Part shown: positions 19,004-26,719 of the stretch, piece after piece
How positions within the stretch are numbered: the stretch's first letter is position 1
Layout: every line of letters begins with the position of its first letter
Source of the DNA: Burkholderiales bacterium
GTDB lineage: Bacteria; Pseudomonadota; Gammaproteobacteria; Burkholderiales; SG8-41
NCBI GenBank assembly: GCA_044378065.1
Contig: JBILYA010000001.1
Location: 1 to 36,480, forward strand
Direction: 5' to 3'
Length of the DNA: 36,480 nucleotides
Position numbers and translations under genes: made by a program
The notes under the pieces: generated by a model
What the model saw: the letters and a program-made list of their open reading frames with translations, nothing else
The model's database searches: none
What the model was told of the DNA's origin: nothing

Positions 19004-19029
19004 AAAAAGCCGGCGCAAGCCGGCTTTTT
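19002..19029. terminator. bidirectional intrinsic terminator between the tauE-like gene and grxD
   Basis: AAAAAAA-GCCGGC-gcaa-GCCGGC-TTTTT lies between convergent genes and overlaps the TAA stop of the tauE-like gene. Confidence 0.65.
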
Positions 19030-19045
19030 CATCAAGGCTGAAACA

Positions 19046-19354
19046 TCAGCCCTGCAGGATCTTCTTCAGTTCACCGCTCTGATACATCTCGGTCATGATG
19101 TCGGAACCCCCGACGAATTCGCCATTGATGTAGAGCTGGGGAATGGTCGGCCAGCTGGCGTATTCCTTGATGCCCTGGCGAATCTCCGGATTCTCGAGCA
19201 CGTTGACGGTAAACAGCTGGCTGACGCCGCATTCGCGCAGGATGTTCACTGCGTTCGCTGAAAAACCGCACTGCGGAAAATCAGGTGAACCCTTCATGTA
19301 GAGCACGACCTTGTTGCCGGTCACTTGTTTCTTGATTTCATCTAAAGCGGACAT
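19046..19354 (-). CDS. grxD: Grx4-family monothiol glutaredoxin
   Basis: 102 aa with the CGFS active site (PQCGFSANAV) and WPTIPQLYINGEFVGGSDI. Confidence 0.9.
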   Translation of the reverse strand: MSALDEIKKQVTGNKVVLYMKGSPDFPQCGFSANAVNILRECGVSQLFTVNVLENPEIRQGIKEYASWPTIPQLYINGEFVGGSDIMTEMYQSGELKKILQG

Positions 19355-19408
19355 GGATAACTCCGGAATTATGCTTAAGCTAATACCTGATTAAAACTAT
19401 CGGGTATA

Positions 19409-19437
19409 AGTTTACCGATGCCTGCTGAAACGGTCAA
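19409..19437 (-). promoter_or_regulatory. candidate sigma70 promoter for grxD
   Basis: On the minus strand: TTGACC (19437-19432), a 17-nt spacer, then TAAACT (19414-19409). It sits in an AT-rich 93-nt intergenic region upstream of grxD. Confidence 0.3.
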
Positions 19438-19447
19438 GCTGACCCAG

Positions 19448-20071
19448 TCAATCCTTCGTGTTCAACGCCGCCAGCAAGGCCTGCGGCATCAGACTCGCAC
19501 CGAACACTTCGAGCGCGGCGGACTCCATCAGTTCCGCCTCCCAGCTGAACCAGCGACCGACGCTGTCCGGCTGTTGATGCGTCGCGTCGCACAGCGCAGG
19601 ATCCGTCACCACGAGCAGCTTGCGACAGACATTGGGACGGAATTCATAAACCGTACACGCACCGTCTGCACCCAGAAACACGCAGGCCCTGTCGGCCTGC
19701 GGCTGCAGACGCCAGTTTTCTACAGTGCTGGCGCTTTGGCGCAGCAGCCGCTCACGATCCAGTTCACGTCCGGCTTTATGCATGGCGTCGATCAGCAGCG
19801 CAGCTTCCTGCGGCCAGATTTCGACCGGCTCATGGCAGCAATGGCTGCAGCCCTTGCCACAGCGAATGCCTTCACTGCCCGCATCTTTCGCCAGATCCCG
19901 GGTCAGCAGGGCATCCATCTCCGCATGCACTTCCTGCGCCTGCGCGGATGCGTCCTGTTGCCCGTTACTGCGGAAACGACCGGTATAACGGTCATAGATC
20001 GCGCGCAGGTATGCTTCTTTTTTCTGGTCACGCGCGCTGCGATTCGCAGCGTCCCGGCTCCCGTCGCTCAC
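19448..20071 (-). CDS. YkgJ-family (UPF0153, CxxCxxCC) zinc/iron-chelating cysteine-cluster protein
   Basis: It has the Cys cluster CGKGCSHCCH, a second motif ACVFLGADGACTVYEFRPNVCR, and a later conserved C. The track ORF (to 20275) overlaps prmC by about 190 nt. GTG 20071 lies 16 nt after the prmC stop, preceded by GGGG. The start is uncertain. Confidence 0.6.
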   Translation of the reverse strand: MSDGSRDAANRSARDQKKEAYLRAIYDRYTGRFRSNGQQDASAQAQEVHAEMDALLTRDLAKDAGSEGIRCGKGCSHCCHEPVEIWPQEAALLIDAMHKAGRELDRERLLRQSASTVENWRLQPQADRACVFLGADGACTVYEFRPNVCRKLLVVTDPALCDATHQQPDSVGRWFSWEAELMESAALEVFGASLMPQALLAALNTKD

Positions 20072-20087
20072 ACAGTCACCCCGGGCA

Positions 20088-20903
20088 TCACAGTAGCCTT
20101 CCGCCGCTGACCCGGTGGATGCCGGCCAGATCGCGTGCGGAAAACACGTCGCCAAAACCTGCCTCGCGCAGCAGTACGGTGCAGGCTTCTGACTGATCAT
20201 GGCCGTGTTCACACAACAGCCAGCCGCCCGCCAGCAGATGCGCCGGCGCTCCTGCGACGATGCGCCGGAGATCATTCAGTCCGTCATCACCCGAGGCCAG
20301 CGCGGAGCGGGGCTCGAAACGCAGATCGCCCTGCTGCAAATGCGCATCCGCGGAAGCGATGTACGGCGGATTTGAAACAATCAAATCATATTGTTTGTCA
20401 CCCACCGCGGCATACCAGTCGCTGCACAGCAAGGTGGTATTGGCTGCAGCATAGCGATGGGCATTTCCGCGGGCGACGTCGAGCGCTTCTGCCGAGGCAT
20501 CCACCAATGTCACCCGGCACCGCGGCCTTTCGGCAGCGATGGTCACGCCGATACAGCCGCTGCCGGCACCGAGATCCAGGACTTCGCCGCCATCCGCCGG
20601 CAGACGTTGAAGCGCCAGTTCGACCAGCAATTCCGTATCCGGCCGCGGAATCAGCACCGCGGGAGTCACCACAAACTCGCGGCCGTAAAACTCGCGATGT
20701 CCGGTCAGGTAAGCCACCGGCTCGCCGGCGGCACGACGCGCAATAAGTAGCCCGTAGTTCGCGGACTGAGCGACCGTCAGCTCGTCATCGCCATGCGCAA
20801 TCAGCCAGGCCTCGTCACACTGCAGCACATGACGCAGCAGTACGCGGGCCTCCAGCCGGCCGATGACCTGCTGCGCTTCCGCCAGTGCCGCTGCAATCGT
20901 CAC
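20088..20903 (-). CDS. prmC: peptide chain release factor N5-glutamine methyltransferase
   Basis: 271 aa with the SAM motif VLDLGAGSGCIG and the catalytic motif VSNPPYI. It lies immediately downstream of prfA. Confidence 0.9.
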   Translation of the reverse strand: MTIAAALAEAQQVIGRLEARVLLRHVLQCDEAWLIAHGDDELTVAQSANYGLLIARRAAGEPVAYLTGHREFYGREFVVTPAVLIPRPDTELLVELALQRLPADGGEVLDLGAGSGCIGVTIAAERPRCRVTLVDASAEALDVARGNAHRYAAANTTLLCSDWYAAVGDKQYDLIVSNPPYIASADAHLQQGDLRFEPRSALASGDDGLNDLRRIVAGAPAHLLAGGWLLCEHGHDQSEACTVLLREAGFGDVFSARDLAGIHRVSGGRLL

Positions 20904-20932
20904 GAAGCGCCCTTGTCCAAACCGTTAAAGAT

Positions 20933-22012
20933 TTAATCGACCGCGAGATCCGCCAGCAGCTCGGCCTGATGCTCGGCGGCGAGCGCGTCGACCAGATCAT
21001 CGATATCACCATCGACAATCTGCGCGATCTTGTACAGCGTCAGATTGATACGGTGATCCGTAACCCGGCCCTGCGGAAAGTTATAGGTGCGGATGCGTTC
21101 GGAACGGTCGCCGCTGCCGATCAGCGATTTGCGTGTCGCCGCCTCTTTCGATTGCTGCTCGCGCGTCTGCTTGTCTTTCAGCCGCGCGGCAAGAACGGCC
21201 AGCGCGCGCGCCTTGTTCTTGTGCTGCGAACGGTCGTCCTGACATTCAACGACCAGCCCGGTCGGCAGGTGCGTAATGCGAATTGCCGAGTCGGTCTTGT
21301 TGACGTGCTGTCCGCCGGCGCCGGATGCGCGGAAAGTGTCGATGCGCAGTTCGGCGGGATTAAGCACAATTTCACCGACCTCATCGGCTTCCGGCATCAC
21401 CGCCACCGTGCAAGCCGAGGTGTGCACACGGCCCTGGGTCTCGGTCACCGGCACGCGCTGCACGCGATGGCCGCCGGATTCAAATTTCAGTTTTGAATAG
21501 GCACCGTTGCCGATGATGCGCGCGATGATCTCGCGATAGCCGCCGAGATCGGATGCGCTCTCCGAGATGATCTCGACCTGCCAGCGCTTGCGTTCGGCGT
21601 AACGCGCGTACATGCGGAACAGTTCCGCCGCGAACAGCGCGGACTCGTCACCGCCGGTACCGGCACGCACCTCCAGAAAGATATTGCGTTCGTCGTTGGG
21701 GTCGCGCGGCAGCAGCAGTTTCTGCAGTTCCGCCTCAAGGCCCTCGATACGTGTTTTGGTTTCCGTAACTTCGGCTTCGGCAAACTCGCGCATCGCCGGG
21801 TCGGTAGCCATTTCCTGTGCCGTCTTCAGGTCGCCGAGGCTGCCCTGATACTGACGATACAGGTCCACCACCGGCTCCAGTTCACTGTGCTCACGGGTCA
21901 GCTTGCGGTAGTTGTCCATGTCCGCCGTGATGTTCTCGGTGGTCAGCAGGCGGCCAACCTCATCGAGGCGCATCGACAGCTGATCAAGTTTGGCGGCTAT
22001 GCTGGGTTTCAT
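20933..22012 (-). CDS. prfA: peptide chain release factor 1
   Basis: 359 aa with the GGQ motif ([16 protein letters not shown]) and an RF-1-type PxT region ([14 protein letters not shown]). Confidence 0.97.
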   Translation of the reverse strand: MKPSIAAKLDQLSMRLDEVGRLLTTENITADMDNYRKLTREHSELEPVVDLYRQYQGSLGDLKTAQEMATDPAMREFAEAEVTETKTRIEGLEAELQKLLLPRDPNDERNIFLEVRAGTGGDESALFAAELFRMYARYAERKRWQVEIISESASDLGGYREIIARIIGNGAYSKLKFESGGHRVQRVPVTETQGRVHTSACTVAVMPEADEVGEIVLNPAELRIDTFRASGAGGQHVNKTDSAIRITHLPTGLVVECQDDRSQHKNKARALAVLAARLKDKQTREQQSKEAATRKSLIGSGDRSERIRTYNFPQGRVTDHRINLTLYKIAQIVDGDIDDLVDALAAEHQAELLADLAVD

Positions 22013-22071
22013 CGGGAATCATAAAAAGGAAAATGGGCCGTGCCCGCCGCAACGGCGGACGGCGGCGGCCG

Positions 22072-23325
22072 CTACTCGGGCCGCTGGATCTGGTACAGAC
22101 GCGAGATCAGCGCTGACAGTTCGTCGCGCTCGTCTTCCGCAGCATGGTTCAGCGCATGCGACGGCGGATGCATGAACTTGTTGGTCAGCGCCCGCGACAG
22201 TTCATCGATGACCTGCTGCGGATCAACACCCTTGGCCAGACTGCGCTGCGCCCGTTCGAGCTCATGGCGGCGTGCGCGTTCAGCGGTGTCACGCAGCGCG
22301 CGGATCGTCGGCACCAGTTCGCGGTTATCCAGCCAGTGCAGGAAATCCGAGACCTGGTTTTCGATGATCACTTCGGCCTGCGCCACCGCGTTCTGGCGCT
22401 GATCCATGCCTTCGCGGGCAATCTGTCCGAGATCATCGACGGTATAGAGGAAGGCATCATCCAGCGCAGCCACTTCGGTTTCGATGTCGCGCGGCACCGC
22501 CAGATCGAACATCAGCATCGGCCGGTGCTTGCGCACTTTCAGCGCGCTTTCCATCAGACCCTTGCCGATAATCGGCAGCGGACTCGCCGTGCAGCTGACA
22601 ACGATGTCATACAGCGGCAACTGCGCACCGATGTCGTTCAGCGGAATCACATGACCGAAAAAACGGTCGGCCAGATGCTGCGCGCGCGCCTGCGTGCGGT
22701 TGGCGAAGGTCATCTTGCGCGGATGGTGGGCGGCGAAATGCGTCGCCGACAGTTCAATCATCTCGCCGGCGCCGATGAACAGCATGCTCTGCTCGCCGAT
22801 ACTCGGGTAAATGCGTTCGGCCAGCCGCACGGCGGCAGCAGCCATCGACACCGTGCTTGCGCCGATATCGGTTTCACTGCGTACGGTTTTGGCGACCGAG
22901 AAGGTGCGCTGGAACAGCTTGTTGAGCATCCAGCCCAACGTGCCGGCCTCTTCGGCCGAGCGCACCGCGCCCTTGAACTGGCCGAGAATCTGCGGCTCGC
23001 CCAGCACCATCGAATCCAGACCGCTGGCCACGCGAAATGCATGTTTCACCGCACGCGCCTGCGGCAGTTCGTACAGATAAGGCTGGATCTGCGACGGCTT
23101 CATGCGGTGGTAATCCGCCATCCAGTCGATGGCCGTGCGCGGTTCCGCGGTGGTGCAGTAGACCTCGGTGCGGTTGCAGGTCGAGATGATCGCCGCTTCG
23201 CTGACCGGCCGGCGATCCACCAGGTCGCGCAGCGCCTGCGTTACCTGTTCGGCATGGAAAACCACCCGCTCACGCACATCAAGCGGCGCGGTCTGGTGGT
23301 TTAATCCGAAGGCGAATAGCGGCAT
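22072..23325 (-). CDS. hemA: glutamyl-tRNA reductase
   Basis: 417 aa with [19 protein letters not shown], the catalytic Cys motif STCNRTE and the NADPH site [11 protein letters not shown]. Confidence 0.95.
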   Translation of the reverse strand: MPLFAFGLNHQTAPLDVRERVVFHAEQVTQALRDLVDRRPVSEAAIISTCNRTEVYCTTAEPRTAIDWMADYHRMKPSQIQPYLYELPQARAVKHAFRVASGLDSMVLGEPQILGQFKGAVRSAEEAGTLGWMLNKLFQRTFSVAKTVRSETDIGASTVSMAAAAVRLAERIYPSIGEQSMLFIGAGEMIELSATHFAAHHPRKMTFANRTQARAQHLADRFFGHVIPLNDIGAQLPLYDIVVSCTASPLPIIGKGLMESALKVRKHRPMLMFDLAVPRDIETEVAALDDAFLYTVDDLGQIAREGMDQRQNAVAQAEVIIENQVSDFLHWLDNRELVPTIRALRDTAERARRHELERAQRSLAKGVDPQQVIDELSRALTNKFMHPPSHALNHAAEDERDELSALISRLYQIQRPE

Positions 23326-23412
23326 GGGCGAAAGTCAAAAAAGGCCTTGTATTTTAACTGCTTACAAGCATTTTACGCCACCGGTGATACGTGTTCCGCC
23401 AGCCGCAAAAAA

Positions 23413-23583
23413 TCAGCCGGAAATCGCAATCATGTCGAAATCCGCCTTGGTCGCCCCGCAGTAGGGGCAGGTCCAGTCCGCCGGGACATCCTCCCAGCGC
23501 GTGCCGGGCGGGATGCCTTCGTCGGGCAGGCCCGCCGCCTCGTCATAAATGAAGTTGCACAGGATGCACTGCCACTTCTTCAT
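23413..23583 (-). CDS. rubredoxin (56 aa; below the ORF-track length cutoff)
   Basis: My manual minus-strand translation gives MKKWQCILCNFIYDEAAGLPDEGIPPGTRWEDVPADWTCPYCGATKADFDMIAISG. It has the two rubredoxin Cys pairs (CxxC ... CPxCG) and the conserved aromatic core (W, Y, W, F). ATG 23583 is 20 nt after the stop of the upstream dehydrogenase gene. Confidence 0.85.
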   Translation of the reverse strand: MKKWQCILCNFIYDEAAGLPDEGIPPGTRWEDVPADWTCPYCGATKADFDMIAISG

Positions 23584-23603
23584 GGTTGCTCAGCCCTGTT
23601 CAC

Positions 23604-24596
23604 TCAATTTTGTTCATTGTCCATGCGCTGGCCTGCCGCATAGAGCTTGATGTTTTCGGTGAAGATTTTTGCGGCGCGGATATCGTTGCCGGAGGACGCC
23701 GAGGCGTTGTGCGGCGAGACGATGACGTTGGGGATGTCCCACAGCGGCGAATCGGCCGGCAGCGGTTCTTTTTCGAACACATCGAGGTAAGCACCCGCGA
23801 TCTGTTTCGATTGCAACGCGGCAATCAGCGCTTTCTCGTCGGCACAGCCGCCGCGCGCCACGTTGACCAGATAGGAATGTTTCGGCATCAGTGCCAGGGT
23901 TTTGGCGTTGACCAGCTGATGCGTTTCCTTGGTGTACGGGCAGGCCAGTACCAGCCAGTCGCACTTCGGCAGCAGTTTCGGCAGTTTGTCGAGCGTGTGC
24001 ATTTCATCAACCGGATCACCCGCGCGCTTCGGGCTGCGGCGCAGACCAATGACTTTCATTTCCAGCGCCTGGCACATCTTGGCCACCGTCGCGCCGATGG
24101 TGCCGAGTCCGACAACAATTACCGTCTGGCCGCGCAAATCACGGGGCACGGCATCGCCGCGAGCGGGGTCCCATTTGCGTTCGCGCTGCGCGGCGATCCA
24201 GCGCGGAAAATTGCGCGCCAGCATCAGCAGGCCGCACACCGCCGTATGACCGACGGGTTCACCGTTGGAACCGGCGGAAGTCGTCAGCCGCACCTTGCGC
24301 TCATGCAGTGCCGGCAGGAAGGGGTGCTGGTCGATGCCGGTGCTGACGAAGTTCGCCCACTTCAGATTCGTCGCCGCCTTGACGGTATCGCCGTAACTTT
24401 CATACAGATTCGAAAACCGGATGTCGCGCGTCAGATACGCCACTTCGATTTTCGCGATCACGTCCGCGGACAGGCGCTGCGCGGGGTCATCGGGCAGGTG
24501 AATGATTTCCGGCGTCACACCGGCGGCCTTCACCGCCGCCTTCAGCTCGGCGCCGAACTGCGCCACAAACCCCTTGGATACCAGAATGCCCTTCAT
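23604..24596 (-). CDS. NAD(P)-dependent D-isomer-specific 2-hydroxyacid dehydrogenase family protein
   Basis: 330 aa with the Rossmann motif VIVVGLGTIGATVAKM and the catalytic pattern VNVARGG ... LDVFEKEP ... VIVSPHNA (Arg-Glu-His triad context). Confidence 0.85.
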   Translation of the reverse strand: MKGILVSKGFVAQFGAELKAAVKAAGVTPEIIHLPDDPAQRLSADVIAKIEVAYLTRDIRFSNLYESYGDTVKAATNLKWANFVSTGIDQHPFLPALHERKVRLTTSAGSNGEPVGHTAVCGLLMLARNFPRWIAAQRERKWDPARGDAVPRDLRGQTVIVVGLGTIGATVAKMCQALEMKVIGLRRSPKRAGDPVDEMHTLDKLPKLLPKCDWLVLACPYTKETHQLVNAKTLALMPKHSYLVNVARGGCADEKALIAALQSKQIAGAYLDVFEKEPLPADSPLWDIPNVIVSPHNASASSGNDIRAAKIFTENIKLYAAGQRMDNEQN

Positions 24597-24626
24597 TGCC
24601 CCGCCCTCCCCATTGCAGATGGTTGA

Positions 24627-25532
24627 TCAGCTCTTGTCGCGCTTGAACAGCGCGTCGAGCTTTTGTTCGTAATCGTGATAGTCGAGGTAGTCGTAAAGAT
24701 CATCACGCGACTGCATCAGGTCGACCACGTTTTTCTGGTGACCGTCCTTGCGGATGTGCTGGTAAACCTTCAGCGCTGCGGCATTGGCGGCGCGCCATGC
24801 TGACAGCGGATACAGCGCCAAGCCGACATTCGCGCTGGCCAGTTCCTCAATCGTGAACAGCGGCGTCTTGCCAAACTCGGTGATGTTGGCGAGGATCGGC
24901 ACCTTCACCGCATCGGCGAATTTTTTGTACATCGGCAGATCGGTGATCGCTTCCGGGAAAATCATGTCGGCGCCGGCTTCGACGCAGGCCACGGCGCGTT
25001 CAATCGCGGCGTCCAGCCCTTCGATCGCCAGCGAATCGGTGCGGGCGATGATGACAAAGTTGGAATCGGTCTTGGCATCGGCAGAAGCCTTGATGCGGTC
25101 AACCATCTCGTCCTTGCTGACGATTTCCTTGTTGGGACGGTGACCGCAGCGTTTCTGCATGACCTGGTCTTCGATGTGCATCGCCGCGGCGCCGAACTTG
25201 ATCAGCGATTTGACGGTGCGGGCGATATTGAAAGCGCCGCCGAAACCGGTGTCGACGTCGACCAGCAGCGGCAGATCGCAGACATCGGTAATGCGACGAA
25301 CGTCGGTCAGCACATCGTCCAGCGTGGAGATCGCCAGATCCGGCACGCCCAGCGAGCCCGCGGCGACACCGCCGCCGGACAGGTAGATGGCCTTGAAGCC
25401 GCTGCGCTTGGCAAGCCGCGCGTGATAGGCATTGATCGCACCGACGATCTGCAGCGGTTTTTCAGCGGCGAGGGCGGCACGGAAACGGGCGCCGGCCGAA
25501 TCGGGGACGCTGGTTTTGGAACGATCGGTCAT
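24627..25532 (-). CDS. prpB: 2-methylisocitrate lyase-like enzyme (isocitrate lyase / PEP mutase superfamily, PrpB-like)
   Basis: 301 aa counted from ATG 25532, with the SD AGGAG 8 nt upstream. Long stretches match my recollection of E. coli PrpB: [86 protein letters not shown]. Confidence 0.85.
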   Translation of the reverse strand: MTDRSKTSVPDSAGARFRAALAAEKPLQIVGAINAYHARLAKRSGFKAIYLSGGGVAAGSLGVPDLAISTLDDVLTDVRRITDVCDLPLLVDVDTGFGGAFNIARTVKSLIKFGAAAMHIEDQVMQKRCGHRPNKEIVSKDEMVDRIKASADAKTDSNFVIIARTDSLAIEGLDAAIERAVACVEAGADMIFPEAITDLPMYKKFADAVKVPILANITEFGKTPLFTIEELASANVGLALYPLSAWRAANAAALKVYQHIRKDGHQKNVVDLMQSRDDLYDYLDYHDYEQKLDALFKRDKS

Positions 25533-25718
25533 GAACAAAGCTCCTGTAGAAATAAAGATGGCAGCCTGCGCTGCCGGAATTGAATTTTGGGTTTGCGGTG
25601 AATCGGTAAAGTAAAAAGTAAGTGACGGTCAGACAGTCCGATCAAATTCCGGGATGGCGGCAGGGATTTTAGCGGCTTCTGCCCGGCCGGCCGGGCTAGG
25701 GGCGGGCCATCCGGCACC

Positions 25719-25735
25719 TGTCCGGTATCTGGACA
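25719..25735. promoter_or_regulatory. 17-bp imperfect palindrome in the prpB / iclR divergent intergenic region (candidate IclR-type operator)
   Basis: TGTCCGG-tat-CTGGACA has 6 of 7 arm positions complementary. It lies in a 320-bp relatively AT-rich intergenic region. A CATAAT -10-like hexamer is at 25813-25818. Confidence 0.25.
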
Positions 25736-25852
25736 AATTGATTTTAAAGGCCAAAAATATGCCCTAAAAAGATAGCATAAGACAGGCTATTCCGCTAGGG
25801 CAGACACGGTGGCATAATCCCCGCTCCCAAGTCTCACGATTCGGACTAAGTT

Positions 25853-26662
25853 ATGGCCATGGCAAATAATTCCGGCGACGATTCACAAGGTCGCCTCACC
25901 GGTACCCAAAGTATTGAGCGCGCGCTGCTGCTGCTCCGCGAGATCGCCGCGCATAATCGCGCGGGCTCCCGCCTGCTGGATCTGGCGACACGCACCAACC
26001 TGCAACGGCCGACCGTGCATCGCATGTTGAAGTGCCTGGCTCACGAAGGCATGGTGCAGCAGGATTCGGAAACCCACCGTTATTTCCTCGGCCCCATGGC
26101 TTTCGAGCTGGGTCTGACCGCGGCACCCCGCTTCAACCTGCGCGAAATCTGTCATCCGGCGATGACGCGCATCGCCGAAGCGACCGGTGACACGGTGTTC
26201 CTGACCCAGCGCAGCGGTCTCGATGCGGTATGCATCGACCGTCACGAAGGCACCTTCCCGATCAAAACCTTCACCCTGGAAGTCGGCATGCGCCGGCCGC
26301 TGGGCGTCGGCACCGGCAGCCTCGCCATTCTGGCCGCGCTTCCGGAAGATGAGTTCAAAGGCATCATCACCAGCAACGAACCGCGCCTGCAGGAGCACGG
26401 CCTCAACGGCCCGACGCTGATGTCGCAGGCGCGCAAGGCGCAAAAGCTGGGTTACGCCGTTCGTGAAACGCCGACGCTGGCAGGAGTACGTTCGATCGGT
26501 CAGGCGCTGCGCAACCAGAGCGGCGTGCCGTTCGCGTCGCTGTCGATTTCGGCAATTTCCAGCCGCATGGCCGACCGCCGCGTGCAGGAACTGGCAACCA
26601 TCCTGCGCAATGAAGCCCGCCTGATCGAGCGCCAGATCGCCAACGGCATGGAAATCCGCTGA
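25853..26662 (+). CDS. IclR-family transcriptional regulator
   Basis: 269 aa. The N-terminal winged HTH is SIERALLLLREIA...LLDLATRTNLQRPTVHRMLKCL and the C-terminal effector domain is GVGTGSLAILAALP ... GYAV ... ASLSISA. Confidence 0.85.
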   Translation: MAMANNSGDDSQGRLTGTQSIERALLLLREIAAHNRAGSRLLDLATRTNLQRPTVHRMLKCLAHEGMVQQDSETHRYFLGPMAFELGLTAAPRFNLREICHPAMTRIAEATGDTVFLTQRSGLDAVCIDRHEGTFPIKTFTLEVGMRRPLGVGTGSLAILAALPEDEFKGIITSNEPRLQEHGLNGPTLMSQARKAQKLGYAVRETPTLAGVRSIGQALRNQSGVPFASLSISAISSRMADRRVQELATILRNEARLIERQIANGMEIR

Positions 26663-26719
26663 CGCTGCAGTCGTCCGGGTCTCCGGCGTTGCGGCCATAA
26701 CAACAACGAGGAGAGATCA

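Noticed and set aside
22144-23304. 386-aa plus-strand ORF opposite hemA. Similar long shadow ORFs lie at 23586-24626 (+), 25883-26698 (-), 26717-27757 (-), 1070-2023 (+), 19418-20110 (+), 32059-32739 (-) and 33910-34503 (-).
   Set aside because: Each is antisense to a gene with strong family motifs (hemA, 2-hydroxyacid dehydrogenase, IclR, Bug1, hemY/hemX, YkgJ-like, dioxygenase, CoA-transferase 2). Their translations are Arg/Ala/Gly-rich and lack recognisable domains.
24627-25532. Interpreting the locus as a standard propionate/methylcitrate (prp) operon
   Set aside because: No prpC, prpD/acnD, prpF or prpR-like gene is present on either side within the window. The neighbours are a 2-hydroxyacid dehydrogenase, a rubredoxin and an IclR regulator.
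25559-25575. TGGCAG-N-GCTGC, a possible sigma-54 -24/-12 promoter near the prpB start
   Set aside because: The GG-to-GC spacing is one nucleotide off the consensus. The element points away from prpB and lies about 280 nt from iclR. It is better explained as a small GGCAGC/GCTGCC hairpin in the prpB leader, and I make no strong claim for that either.
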